A stretch of DNA of 63,970 nt, counting the filler, from an uncultured bacterium (GTDB lineage: Bacteria > Auribacterota > CAZIXI01), in NCBI GenBank assembly GCA_964543115.1. It is 4 parts of 4 records of this genome, joined end to end, with 100 filler letters (N's around TTAATTAATTAA, not from the genome) between each part and the next. Parts side by side here need not be neighbours in the genome. Positions count along the whole stretch, not along the records: positions 1 to 18,572 come from CAZIXI010000043.1; positions 18,673 to 37,194 come from CAZIXI010000044.1; 2 more parts are not named here. One strand, given 5' to 3'. The position numbers and the translations under genes were made by a program. Shown here piece after piece: positions 8,585 to 18,700 of this stretch (its first letter is position 1; every line of letters begins with the position of its first letter). The notes under the pieces were generated by a model. It made no database searches, was not told where the DNA came from, and saw nothing but the letters and a program-made list of their open reading frames with translations.

Positions 8585-8612
8585 ATTATCACACAATTAA
8601 ATATTTTGTCAA
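8585..8612 (-). promoter_or_regulatory. Sigma-70 promoter upstream of the GT-C/hydrolase gene
   Basis: Minus strand TTGACA-N16-GATAAT, with TG just upstream of the -10. Confidence 0.5.
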
Positions 8613-8701
8613 TTAAAATTCTCTGCTTTCTGTGACGCCGATTATTAACAGGAGCACCCGCAGAGCCGCCTAAACAATAAACATCTCAACTGTCGAAACA
8701 T

Positions 8702-8730
8702 TTGTTTATACGTTCAATAGATGATATACT
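8702..8730 (+). promoter_or_regulatory. Sigma-70 promoter for the amino acid permease
   Basis: TTGTTT-N17-TATACT with an extended TGn. Confidence 0.55.
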
Positions 8731-8761
8731 TATATCGGCGTTTTAATTATCTTGTATAATT

Positions 8762-10015
8762 ATGCAGAAAAAAAACTCTATCCTGCTCACTCTAAGCGTG
8801 GCCACACTCGTTACCGGCAGCCTGATTGGCGCCGGCATTTTAGCCTTGCCGGTCAAGACCGGGCTCTCCGGCTTTATCCCCTCCCTTGCCGGGATGCTTA
8901 TTATCTGCGCGACAATGCTCTTTACCGCTACAATCCTGGCCCGCGAAGCAACCGATTCGAAAGAGCCCAATTTCCACTACGCCACAATGTACGAAAAATA
9001 TCTCGGCACCTTTGGAAAATGGATCGCGATTATCGCCAACCTGATTGTGCTCTACGGCCTGCTCACCGCCTATCTGACCGGCGCGGCAGTGGTAATCTCC
9101 AAATTTTTCAAATTTGAGGTTACCAGCAACTGGGTCATGATTGCCTTCTTCATCCTGATGACTGCGCTCCTGCTTTCGGGCCTCCACGTCGTCCGGAAAT
9201 ACAACACGGTTTTTATGTTAATTATGTGGGCCACATTCGCCCTGATAGTCTACCTGGCGGCGGGCCAGGTAGAAAAAACCAACCTCCTCTGTACTGACTG
9301 GCAGTATCTACCGGCCACATTTCCGATTATTGTTACGGCCTTTTATTTCCACAACATTATTCCCTCATGCTGCCGGGCCGTAAACTGGAACTACCGGACA
9401 ATTCGATTGTTACTCCTTGTGGGTATTTTGATCGGCTTCATCATGTACGCTGTTTGGATCTATGTTACCGTCGGAGCACTGCCGCTGGAAGGGGAACAGT
9501 ACAGCCTGACGTATGCGGCCCAACACGACTATCCCGCCACTATCCCGCTTGCCCAAAAGATTAATTCACCGGCATTTACTTACGGCTCACTTATATTCGC
9601 CATCTTCGCGATTGCCACTTCTTACGTCGCCTGCGGCACCGGGCTGATGGCCTTCATCAAGGACCTGACAGTCAATCACTTTCATCTCAAAAATGAATGC
9701 CTGGTTTCCCTGCTCTCTTTCGGCCCGCCGCTTATCGTCGGGCTCATCTATCCGGACATTTTCCTTAAGGCCATGGACGTCGTCGGCGGCGTGGGAATCG
9801 TTATTCTCTTCGGCATCCTCCCCTGTATCATCGGGTTCATCAAGGCAAAAAGATTGGTCAGCAAACTATTATGTATTTTAATTTTGTTGTTATTTGTCGG
9901 CTTTCTTGGGTATGAAATACTGCAGGAATTCGGGATGCTGGAGGTCCGTCCCCAGATAGAGCATTGGGACTCGATGCGCAGCTTCCTTAAACACGCTTTC
10001 CCCAAAGGTAAGTAG
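8762..10015 (+). CDS. Aromatic amino acid transporter (TyrP/Mtr/TnaB, HAAAP family)
   Basis: N-terminal GSLIGAGILALP..TGLSGF motif, about 11 TM helices and AFYFHNIIPS. Confidence 0.88.
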   Translation: MQKKNSILLTLSVATLVTGSLIGAGILALPVKTGLSGFIPSLAGMLIICATMLFTATILAREATDSKEPNFHYATMYEKYLGTFGKWIAIIANLIVLYGLLTAYLTGAAVVISKFFKFEVTSNWVMIAFFILMTALLLSGLHVVRKYNTVFMLIMWATFALIVYLAAGQVEKTNLLCTDWQYLPATFPIIVTAFYFHNIIPSCCRAVNWNYRTIRLLLLVGILIGFIMYAVWIYVTVGALPLEGEQYSLTYAAQHDYPATIPLAQKINSPAFTYGSLIFAIFAIATSYVACGTGLMAFIKDLTVNHFHLKNECLVSLLSFGPPLIVGLIYPDIFLKAMDVVGGVGIVILFGILPCIIGFIKAKRLVSKLLCILILLLFVGFLGYEILQEFGMLEVRPQIEHWDSMRSFLKHAFPKGK

Positions 10016-10090
10016 GCAAAGAAAAAAGCAGCCTTTAGCTGACACCTTTCCCGTCACTCTCTTCAGCTATTTGAAAACAAACACCGTCAG

Positions 10091-10573
10091 TTATCTCAGA
10101 TATCTAATCGCGCGGATAATAAAGGGGAGCACTATCACGATCAAGGCAATCGTCATAATGGGGCGAAAAAAGTTTTTTATTGCGCGGTTATGCTCCCTTA
10201 ACGCTGTCCAGGCATGGTTACAGGAAGAAAGGAGTAAAAAAATCAGCAGGGTACTGAGCACGGCCAGTTCAGCGTAGGTCCCCCAGTTAAAGAGAAGTAC
10301 TAATAGCGCCGTCAGCGCCAGGGCCAGATTGTTCATACCGGATTGCCGTTGATACGCGCGGCCGGGAGCGAAACCTGTAAGTTTTGTGGCGGCCTCACCG
10401 AGAAACAATGATTCTAATCCCGATAAGCCAGCAATCGATATTACGATCCAGGGAACAAGAATATGCAGCTGTTCGTGGGGATTTCTGCCAAACCATAAGG
10501 CCAGCTGATACCCCAAGATGACTCCTGTCCATCTAGTAATTTCTAGCAGCTGACAAATACGTGTCTTATTCAT
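10091..10573 (-). CDS. Small multi-pass membrane protein (DUF6790/DUF1304-like, function unknown)
   Basis: Four hydrophobic segments and a YQRQSGMNNLALA motif. Confidence 0.6.
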   Translation of the reverse strand: MNKTRICQLLEITRWTGVILGYQLALWFGRNPHEQLHILVPWIVISIAGLSGLESLFLGEAATKLTGFAPGRAYQRQSGMNNLALALTALLVLLFNWGTYAELAVLSTLLIFLLLSSCNHAWTALREHNRAIKNFFRPIMTIALIVIVLPFIIRAIRYLR

Positions 10574-10578
10574 AGAGG

Positions 10579-12153
10579 CTATTTAGCGCTATGGAGATTC
10601 TTCTGGGCGTTTTTCAACTTCCCAGTAAACGCACCCTTTTTAAACTCTGTCAGCCAGCCCTTCATTATCGCCCAGCCGCCAAAGCGCAGTAAGGCATTGC
10701 GCCATTGACGGTACCAATAACGCCAGCCCCCTTTAATATTATGCAGATAAAACAACAGCGCGGGAAAAGAAAAGATATGCAGGCCCACGGAAAACATATA
10801 GCGGAAACGGTAGAATTTACCCATGATCCTGCGGACCGAATCCTGCAGCAGCTCGGCCGTTAAGGGGCTATCCGGCTCAAACAAGGGAAAATTCCCGTCA
10901 TAATACTCCCAGCCGATATCCTTAACGGAATAAACCCTTTTCTGTTTTAACAGCCTCTGCCGCAGTTCCGTCCCCGGTAAAGGAACCGGCAGCATTACCT
11001 GGATCGTATCCAGTTTGGCCTTTTTAATAAACCGCCTGAAGATCTTAATCCGTTCCCCGGACAAAGAAGCAATTGCCGCGCCATCCTTTAACGGGTAACC
11101 GAAAATAAACATCCCATGCACCAGAAAACCAGACTTGTGGTAGGCCAGGGCCAGGGCAATCATATCCTGCGGTTTAATCTTCTTCTTCATTGCCTTTAAT
11201 TCTTCGTCAATCGGAGACTCAAAGCCAATGGCCACGGCATTTATCCCCGCCTGCCGCATGGCCATTAATAATTCCGGATCCTTGGCCTTATCCAGTCTTA
11301 TCTGCACCGTTATATCAAATCTCGCGCCAACCTGTTTTTGGTAGTCCTTAAGCATCCGGCAAAAACGAATCGTCTCATCACGGTACTGGCCGAATAAATC
11401 GTCCACAATAAAAAATTTCCTGGCATCACAGGTCTCCAGGAGATAACGCATATGTTCAAGCATTCTCTCCGGAGAGGCACAGCGCGGTTTGCCTTTCACC
11501 GTGCAGAATTCACAATCCATACCGCAGCCGCGGATGCGTCCCACCGGATAGAGCTTTATTTTCGCGTAACGGATCAGAGAAAAATTGGGCGGCGCTAAGT
11601 TGTCAAAATCCGTTATCGGTTCCCGGGACGTGGTCTGGATAACCTTGTTATTTTCAAGATAAGCAATCCCTTTAACCTGACTGACATCTCCCCCCGCCAA
11701 TAATGTTTTGATCAACTCTTTTAGCGTTATTTCCCCTTCACCCGCGATAATATAGTCAATCTGAGATTGCAGGGCCTCGGCAAGATTCTCCGCGATAAAA
11801 TGCTGGCCCCCGGCAATAGTCAGCACTTCCCTTTCCTTATAGAAACGGGCAACTTCATAAAGGCGCGGAATAGTGCTGGTTAAGCCGCCGTAAATCCCCA
11901 CTATATCCGCCGGGCGCAGCTTCTGCAAAAACTCGTGATCTGCTCCGCCGGCCCGGTTCTTGGGCCCGTAACGGCGCAGGTTATTCTCATCAATAACCTC
12001 TACATCCCAGCCCTCCAGCTCGTTAACCGCGCTGGCTACACACACCGGCCCCAGAGCAGTGGTGGTCTTGGCAATATTTGAGTAAATATTGAAAGACGGA
12101 TACGCCGGAATAACTATCCTTAATCTATGTCTTTTTTTGGTCGCATCTAACAT
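10579..12153 (-). CDS. B12-binding domain radical SAM protein
   Basis: GGQH, GEGE, GCGMDCEFC (CxxxCxxC), IVDDLF, IGFES and PLPGT. The ATG at 12153 is preferred over the TTG at 12201. Confidence 0.9.
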   Translation of the reverse strand: MLDATKKRHRLRIVIPAYPSFNIYSNIAKTTTALGPVCVASAVNELEGWDVEVIDENNLRRYGPKNRAGGADHEFLQKLRPADIVGIYGGLTSTIPRLYEVARFYKEREVLTIAGGQHFIAENLAEALQSQIDYIIAGEGEITLKELIKTLLAGGDVSQVKGIAYLENNKVIQTTSREPITDFDNLAPPNFSLIRYAKIKLYPVGRIRGCGMDCEFCTVKGKPRCASPERMLEHMRYLLETCDARKFFIVDDLFGQYRDETIRFCRMLKDYQKQVGARFDITVQIRLDKAKDPELLMAMRQAGINAVAIGFESPIDEELKAMKKKIKPQDMIALALAYHKSGFLVHGMFIFGYPLKDGAAIASLSGERIKIFRRFIKKAKLDTIQVMLPVPLPGTELRQRLLKQKRVYSVKDIGWEYYDGNFPLFEPDSPLTAELLQDSVRRIMGKFYRFRYMFSVGLHIFSFPALLFYLHNIKGGWRYWYRQWRNALLRFGGWAIMKGWLTEFKKGAFTGKLKNAQKNLHSAK

Positions 12154-12247
12154 ATTTATTACCAATAAGATACTTTGGAAAGAAGAAGGCCGGCTTAACA
12201 ATGGCCTTCAGACATAATTAAAATAATTTAAAAATTGATAATATGAA

Positions 12248-12286
12248 TATCAACATATTGTATCTGTATAAATATTAACAATCAAC
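12248..12286 (-). promoter_or_regulatory. Sigma-70 promoter containing a candidate MarR half-palindrome
   Basis: Minus strand TTGATT-N17-TACAAT; the spacer overlaps TGTATAAATATTAACA (12265-12280). Confidence 0.45.
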
Positions 12287-12304
12287 AAATATCTTTCTTT
12301 CTCC

Positions 12305-12343
12305 CAAATGTCACATTTTAGCCTGGACCAAATGTGACATTTG
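12305..12343. repeat. 14-bp perfect inverted repeat overlapping the radical SAM stop codon
   Basis: CAAATGTCACATTT (12305-12318) and AAATGTGACATTTG (12330-12343). Confidence 0.75.
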
Positions 12344-13664
12344 CTGCGCCTTTAATCCGCCATTGCCGGACTCTGGTCCAATAGGCATAATTCAATCCCA
12401 GGCAAAACACCAGGGCATTTCTCAAGCCTAAATAAAGGGCGCTGCTGATTACCCGCTTAAGGATATTTAACGGCGAATAAAATTTATTAATCACCCAATC
12501 CGCTCCGGCCTGTAATTCTTCCCTGCGCATAAGCTTAGGTTCCAGCACCACCTGCCGGTAATCATAATGGTCCCATTGCTTATCGATTATTCTTCCTTCT
12601 TTTGCCCGTTGCTCATAGAGCGGGGTTCCCGGCAGGGGCGTGAGGATAGAAGCCTGGATTGCCTCAATATTACTCTTCAGTAAAAAATCCAATGTCTGCT
12701 TAAAAACAGTTTTGTCATCATGATCAAACCCAAAAATAACCGCCGCTTCCACCCCGATACCAAACCGATGAAGGACCTTGATATTATCAATAAAATTTTG
12801 CGCCTGGTTAAATCCTTTCTGCATAGTGGCAAGATTCTTTTCGTTCAATGTCTCCAGGCCGATAAACAACCCCAGACACCCGCTTTTTTTGGCAAGTTTA
12901 ACCAATGCCAAATCTTCAGCAATATAAATACCGGCCTGGGCCACCCACTTCTTCTTCAAGGGCGCCATGGCCAAAAATAATTTCCTGGCATATTCACGAT
13001 CAGCCACAATGTTATCATCGACAAAGATTATCCGCCTGTTTTTGATCCGGGAAAGTTCCCGCACCACATCCTCTACCGGCCGCCGGCAGTGTGTCCCACC
13101 GAAAAAAGCGGTCACCGAACAGAATTCACAACGATGGTAACACCCGCGGCTGGTCTGCACCGCCTCCGCCGGGGCGTAATATTTTCTTTTTAACAGATCC
13201 CTGCGCGGAAAATTTATTTTTGCCAGCTCTACCCTCTTCTCCGCCCGGTAAATATGCTGCAAGCGGCCGGAGCGAAAATCCTCAAGCAGGCGCGGCCAGG
13301 TGGCTTCCGCCTCACCGACACAGACACTGTCGGCATGAGCCAGTACTTCCTGATGATACAGTGAGGGATGAAATCCCCCGCAAACCACTTTCACCCCGCG
13401 CCGGCGAAATTGATCAGCCAACTGATAGGCGCGCGGCGCTAACGCCGTCATAAAGGAAATGCCCACCAGGTCCACATCTTCATTAAAATCAACCGGTTCT
13501 ATTTGTTCATCCACCAGCTTGATTTCAATATCCTTAGGGCTGCAGGCAGCTACATAGAGCAGGCTGAGCATCGAGAAACGGAAATATCTATGTCCCTTTG
13601 GCCGGCCGCCTTTTTCCGTAACCCGCAAACTATCATTGGCCGGTGAAATTAAAAGCACTCTCAT
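12318..13664 (-). CDS. B12-binding domain radical SAM protein
   Basis: MRVLLISP, GGFHPS, GEAE, GCYHRCEFC, FVDDN, GLET, GFDHD and TPLPGTPLY. ATG at 13664 with SD AAGGAGGGAG. Confidence 0.92.
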   Translation of the reverse strand: MRVLLISPANDSLRVTEKGGRPKGHRYFRFSMLSLLYVAACSPKDIEIKLVDEQIEPVDFNEDVDLVGISFMTALAPRAYQLADQFRRRGVKVVCGGFHPSLYHQEVLAHADSVCVGEAEATWPRLLEDFRSGRLQHIYRAEKRVELAKINFPRRDLLKRKYYAPAEAVQTSRGCYHRCEFCSVTAFFGGTHCRRPVEDVVRELSRIKNRRIIFVDDNIVADREYARKLFLAMAPLKKKWVAQAGIYIAEDLALVKLAKKSGCLGLFIGLETLNEKNLATMQKGFNQAQNFIDNIKVLHRFGIGVEAAVIFGFDHDDKTVFKQTLDFLLKSNIEAIQASILTPLPGTPLYEQRAKEGRIIDKQWDHYDYRQVVLEPKLMRREELQAGADWVINKFYSPLNILKRVISSALYLGLRNALVFCLGLNYAYWTRVRQWRIKGAANVTFGPG

Positions 13665-13702
13665 TTCTCCCTCCTTTTTCAACTGCGAATTCTATTAAAT
13701 TT

Positions 13703-13777
13703 AAACGCAGAGACCGCAGAGTATTTTATATAATTAATCTTTGCGTCCTCCGCCCTCACTCTGCGATCTCTGCGTTT
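13703..13777. repeat. 20-bp inverted repeat (CGCAGAG family), REP-like
   Basis: AAACGCAGAGACCGCAGAGT ... ACTCTGCGATCTCTGCGTTT, with one mismatch. Confidence 0.8.
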
Positions 13778-13865
13778 TGCGTGTAACGTAAACGTAAGAG
13801 AATCCAATTTAGCTTATTGTTAACATGTTTATTGTTATTATGTTAACTATTTCTCGAAAAAAAAT

Positions 13866-14303
13866 TTAAACGAGGCCCTTTTCAATCTTAGAAACAATCT
13901 TTACTATACTTTCCTTTTCTTTATCACCCAGAAAACGCATTATCTCTCCCAGCGCACTAAAATAATCATCCCCTGCCCGCTCAATCAGATCTCTGCCTTT
14001 AGCGGTTAGTGAAACAAACTTGACCCGCCTGTCCCGCGGATCACCCTCTCTCGTGACATAACCCAACTTCTCCAGCCTGTCCACTATCCCGGTAACATTG
14101 GAACGGGAAACCACCAGCTGGTCACCGATATAATTCTGATTAACCCTGCCGGTAGAAGAATCAAGCACATCCAGCACATTGTACTGCGCGGCGGTGACCT
14201 TATACTTTTTAAAAAAAACATTCGCTCTCTTAACGAGGGCCTCGGCGGTGCGCACTATCTTAAAAACCGCCTCATTATTTAACTGATCCTGTTTTCTGGT
14301 CAT
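13866..14303 (-). CDS. MarR family transcriptional regulator
   Basis: VTAAQYNVL, VSRSNVTGIVDRLEKLGYVTR..DPRDRRVKFVSLTAKGR. Confidence 0.95.
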   Translation of the reverse strand: MTRKQDQLNNEAVFKIVRTAEALVKRANVFFKKYKVTAAQYNVLDVLDSSTGRVNQNYIGDQLVVSRSNVTGIVDRLEKLGYVTREGDPRDRRVKFVSLTAKGRDLIERAGDDYFSALGEIMRFLGDKEKESIVKIVSKIEKGLV

Positions 14304-14318
14304 TTGACTACCGGTTAT

Positions 14319-14362
14319 TGTTAATCTATTAACAGTTTATATCATAACAACTTTCTTGTCAA
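14319..14362 (-). promoter_or_regulatory. marR promoter with palindromic operator
   Basis: Minus strand TTGACA-N17-TAAACT; the palindrome TGTTAAT-CT-ATTAACA (14319-14334) lies just downstream of the -10. Confidence 0.65.
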
Positions 14363-15382
14363 CTATTTTTTTCCTGGCAGGGTTACCGTAAAAACCGCCC
14401 CCTTACCCGGCTCACTCGTTAACGAAATCTTACCCCCCAGCGCGGAAACGGCATATTTGCAAAAGGCCAACCCCACGCCGCTGCCCAGCACAATCCCTGA
14501 TTCCTGCGCCTGCAGCTGGGTATACTTATCAAAAATACTCTTCTGCAGTTTTAGCGGGATTCCCGGACCCTGGTCCGTAATACTGATCGCTATCATTTTT
14601 GCCGGAACGGCAGTCAGGCCAGCTGTAACGCTGGCCCCTTTGGCACTAACCTTGATGGCGTTACTGAGGAGATTCACCAAAACGCGCTGGAGAAGAGCGG
14701 GATCAGTTTCAACTTCACCCGGGATCTCGTCATATTTCTTTTTCAGTTCCACCCCGTTGCGCTCGGCCCAGACAGCCACCTGCCCGACAGCCGCGTCAAT
14801 TATCTCAGTAAGTATGACCTTTTTCCTCTCTGTATTAAGTTTCCCGTACTCCAGCCGGTTCAGATCGGCAAGTGAATTAATCAGCACCTCCATTCGCTGG
14901 CCGGAAACAATGGCGTTACCAATAATTCTCTGCTGCTGCTCATTAAGGGCGCTGCCTGTCTCCTGGAGGGTTCTTAAGCCCAAGAGGTTGGTGGCCAGCG
15001 GCACCTTAAGATCATGTACGACAAAATCCAGTAAATCCCTCTTGCTCAGCTTACTCACCCGCAGTTTCCAGAGCAGATAAGTAAAACTTAAAAAGATGAC
15101 TAATCTTATTTTTGTGTTCCAGACAGGAATAAAATAATTGGCAAACGGCAGCCGGACATATAAATTGACATGAAACCAGACAATCGCGCTCACCAGGGCA
15201 ATAAGCAGGCCAGGCACCAGCCCGCCGTACCAGGTAGCCAGAGCTATCGGCAGGAGATACATCACCGCTGAACCCAGCTGATAACCGGTTAGATAGTCGA
15301 AGTAACCGGCTATCAACACCAATAACAAACCAACAATAAATAACTGCAGTTTCGACATCCGGGAAATTCTAGCAGACACCAT
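14363..15382 (-). CDS. Membrane-bound sensor histidine kinase (orphan)
   Basis: N-terminal TM sensor, H-box VVHDLKVPL, NLLSNAIK, DQGPGIP and GSGVGLAFC. Confidence 0.93.
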   Translation of the reverse strand: MVSARISRMSKLQLFIVGLLLVLIAGYFDYLTGYQLGSAVMYLLPIALATWYGGLVPGLLIALVSAIVWFHVNLYVRLPFANYFIPVWNTKIRLVIFLSFTYLLWKLRVSKLSKRDLLDFVVHDLKVPLATNLLGLRTLQETGSALNEQQQRIIGNAIVSGQRMEVLINSLADLNRLEYGKLNTERKKVILTEIIDAAVGQVAVWAERNGVELKKKYDEIPGEVETDPALLQRVLVNLLSNAIKVSAKGASVTAGLTAVPAKMIAISITDQGPGIPLKLQKSIFDKYTQLQAQESGIVLGSGVGLAFCKYAVSALGGKISLTSEPGKGAVFTVTLPGKK

Positions 15383-15398
15383 TATTCACCTCTCTTTT

Positions 15399-17117
15399 CT
15401 ATCTGAAAAAAGGAATTCTCCTTCTAAACAAAAACAATAACAGCCCCAACAACAAAAATCCCAGACCCAGCAAAAAGCTATTCGGCAAATAATATAAGAC
15501 CACCTCTCCGTCTGCCGGCGTCACCCTGACAGAAAGCAATCCGTCGGCGGACACTGCCGGATAGCGGCTATTTGTCTTCCAATTAATATCATAATTTTGA
15601 TTGATAACCAATACACAATCGCTATCCGCCCGGACATCAATAACGATTTTATTGGGTGACCAGGAAGATAATGATGCCCGGCCATTACCGGAAAGCAGGT
15701 AAAATTCTCCCCTGTAATCATCATGCCCGCTGGGCAGGGCCTTTATCTCTATGGGCATCGGTTCATAACCATCAATCACACCCCTGTTTCTTACCAAATC
15801 AGGATACATCGCGCTGTAAGCCCCATAGAGCGCACCCTGTCTTTTTTGCCGAAATTCTCCCGGTTCAGTTGGATAGACATTTTCTATCCTGAATGATCTT
15901 TTCAGGATAATCCTGTTCACCTTGGTTAAATCATAGGTTATAAAAGCCAGCAGGGAAAATACCACCGCTAGCCTCACCACTCTCGGCAGCCGGGGAAGAC
16001 GGGCAAACCGCTCCAGCAGCAAGCCGGACAGGATAGAAAAAGAAAAAATAAAATAAATTAAAAACCGCGAGGGAACACGCATAAAATTAAATACCGGCAG
16101 TTTCTGCAAAATGTTCCAGGGAGAACAGACGGCAAAATTTCCCAAACCCAGAAAGAAAAACAGAATCCCGGCGACGACAAGCGGCCAGCACCTCTTCAGC
16201 AGCAAAACAGCACTCAAACAAAAGATAATAAGCGGGATCAATCCCAAATTCGCCCCGTATTCATGCCAATAGTATTTGGACATAAATTGCCGCCCGTCAA
16301 GCTCGTGGACATCATGCAGAAACACTTCATCTATATGATGAAAAGGAATAAAATCATCGCAATCGATATAACGCGGATACATCATTTTTAGCTCCATTAG
16401 CGGCAGCAGCTTCGGCCCGGAAAATAAAACGGCTAAGATAGAAATCAACACTAGGTCGATCAAGGGCCGCATCTTTTTCTGCTGAATTGCCTGCAATAAA
16501 GAATAACAGGACAAAAACAGCATGGTCGAAACAACAATATAGGTCCCGCCCTCAAAAATCATCAGGGCAATAAATAGGGCCGCGGCAAAAACAAACTTCC
16601 TTTCCCTCTGACTCTTCAGATAAAAAAGCAGCACAAACGGCAAATAGGCAATTGTCAGCCAGAAGGTATGCCCCTCCGACAGATGCAGGGCGTATTTACT
16701 GTTCAGCATAAAAATCACACTGGGAATAAGCGCGATCACACCCCGTACTCCCAATTGACGCAGCAGCAGGTACATCCCTAATAAGCCGATAAATAAGTGC
16801 GCGCATATCTCCAGCTTAAGCCCGTACATCGAACCAAAAACCAGTGAATAGATAGTGGCCGGAGAAAAAGAGCGTGCCTGAGGATTACCGATTAATGACA
16901 TACCCCCGCAGGAATAAGGGTTCCAGAGGGGGAACTGACAGAATTCCATGATGGTTTTCCGCGGCACTTCCTGCAGGGAGAGGAGCTGATCCCAGTCACT
17001 GGTACCCAATTTATCTCCGCTGCGTAATACCGGCGCGCAGAAATAAATCGCGATAAAAAGCAGAAAGAATATTTCTGCCGCGATGGTGAGTGTGGATTTA
17101 TTAATTCTCTTCATCAA
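15399..17117 (-). CDS. YfhO-like GT-C membrane glycosyltransferase
   Basis: FPLWNPYSCGGMSLIGNPQ motif, about 12 TM helices, RVPSRF, and a C-terminal INQNYDINW..beta domain with a terminal TM. Confidence 0.7.
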   Translation of the reverse strand: MMKRINKSTLTIAAEIFFLLFIAIYFCAPVLRSGDKLGTSDWDQLLSLQEVPRKTIMEFCQFPLWNPYSCGGMSLIGNPQARSFSPATIYSLVFGSMYGLKLEICAHLFIGLLGMYLLLRQLGVRGVIALIPSVIFMLNSKYALHLSEGHTFWLTIAYLPFVLLFYLKSQRERKFVFAAALFIALMIFEGGTYIVVSTMLFLSCYSLLQAIQQKKMRPLIDLVLISILAVLFSGPKLLPLMELKMMYPRYIDCDDFIPFHHIDEVFLHDVHELDGRQFMSKYYWHEYGANLGLIPLIIFCLSAVLLLKRCWPLVVAGILFFFLGLGNFAVCSPWNILQKLPVFNFMRVPSRFLIYFIFSFSILSGLLLERFARLPRLPRVVRLAVVFSLLAFITYDLTKVNRIILKRSFRIENVYPTEPGEFRQKRQGALYGAYSAMYPDLVRNRGVIDGYEPMPIEIKALPSGHDDYRGEFYLLSGNGRASLSSWSPNKIVIDVRADSDCVLVINQNYDINWKTNSRYPAVSADGLLSVRVTPADGEVVLYYLPNSFLLGLGFLLLGLLLFLFRRRIPFFR

Positions 17118-18572
17118 CCAGGTTTAACCGTCCGGTTTCCGCCAAATTAAAATGATCACTCTCAATTTCTATCCGATCCAGCCAAATCTTACTTTCATCA
17201 AGATAGTGCACCCGAAACTCTAATTCCGCTTCCGGCCGTTCATGATTGAAATTCAGCTCAAACCAGCAATACGAATCCTCCGCCGGAAAATCCCGGCTGC
17301 TGATTTGCTTCTTGGCTAATACCGTGCGGCCGTGATCGGCCGTAACATCAATCTCAAGAACAGGCTCCGCAATTTTATTATTATCGGTCTTTAAGCGAAA
17401 CTTGATCCGGTAATCACCGGCTGGATAACGAAAATAAGGACCATAAGCCATTACTCCCCCGGCATCCCGCCCGCAAAATAAGGCTTTACCGTTCAGTGCC
17501 GCGGGATCGGTAACCGCCTCAGCAATTTCAGTAACCGCCCGCTCACCTTCCAATGTACCGAATATTTCTCTAAAGGCCTGTTCGCTGTTCTCCAGATGTT
17601 CTTCATGCTCCAAAAGAATAAAATAATCATCTTGGTATTCAACCCCGTATTTACCGTGATAAAGAAAACTCAACAGGCAGCCCGTGTAACTATCCTGATC
17701 GTCCAGCAGAATATACTCACTCTTCATTGGAATACGTTTAGAAATCGCCCTGATTACCGTTACCTGATGCTCGGGCAGAAGATGTACCGCGTAGCGGGCG
17801 CGGGAGGTCACCCGGCTGCCGGGGGGGATCAACCTGAACACCTTTTCCGCCGAACTTCTCCTGGCAGAATTAAGAAAACGCAAAGTATCAAACTTTGCCG
17901 CGAAGGTCCATTCGGAGAAGAAATAATGAGTCAGTATCCCGGCGGTTAGAATAAATGCCCCGCAGGCATTGAGCAGCTTCCGTGAACGTTTTTTCGCTAA
18001 CCGCTCACAGACCAGGGTAACGGCAATAAAGGTAAACGCGTAAATAACTATCGAGTAGTGATACATGAGACTGTTTTGCACCCAATGTGAACTGAGCAGC
18101 ATGACCATTAACGCCGGCAACAGCATGATCAACCCGCCCAGGGAAAGCAGCGGCAGCCCGGCCACAGGGACGAAGATAAAACAAAGACTTCGCAATTTCA
18201 GGATTAAATTATTAGAGAGAAAATACCTGATCACTTCCAGCGGCCGCAGAAAAATCGTCGCCACAGCCTCTTTCAGATCTCCCCCCAGATACCCATAGCG
18301 TTTACCGATCCAATTATGGTGGTCCAGATCCGGCCCCATTAACCGCGGCCGGATAATCCCCAGACCCACCCAGACATAGAAACCAACCATGCCGATTGTC
18401 AGCAACCCCAGCTTCCGCTGCCGGGTGAAGAAAATTGCGTAGAGGCCAATACTCCCGGCGTAAATACAGGCGTCAATTTTACTGATTAACAATAAAAAAA
18501 TAAAAATTAAATAGAGCTTCGTTTTCCGGCGGTGGAGAAAATAAAAAGAAAACAGAATAAACGACGGCACAA
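17101..18572 (-). CDS. DUF2079-like GT-C membrane protein with C-terminal beta-sandwich; 5' end lost in assembly gap
   Basis: KIDA, RYGYLG, YHYS motifs; the frame stays open to the N run; the C-terminal domain resembles that of 5387..8338. Confidence 0.6.
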
Positions 18573-18672
18573 NNNNNNNNNNNNNNNNNNNNNNNNNNNN
18601 NNNNNNNNNNNNNNNNTTAATTAATTAANNNNNNNNNNNNNNNNNNNNNNNNNNNNNNNNNNNNNNNNNNNN
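18573..18672. other. Artificial contig spacer
   Basis: 44 N + TTAATTAATTAA (stop in all six frames) + 44 N. Confidence 0.99.
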
Positions 18673-18700
18673 CCCAGTAGACAAAACTGTGCCCCCCGCC

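Noticed and set aside
18617..18628. TTAATTAATTAA within N runs (also 37239-37250 and 54850-54861)
   Set aside because: An artificial six-frame-stop linker used to concatenate contigs, not biological. Gene adjacency across it was not interpreted.
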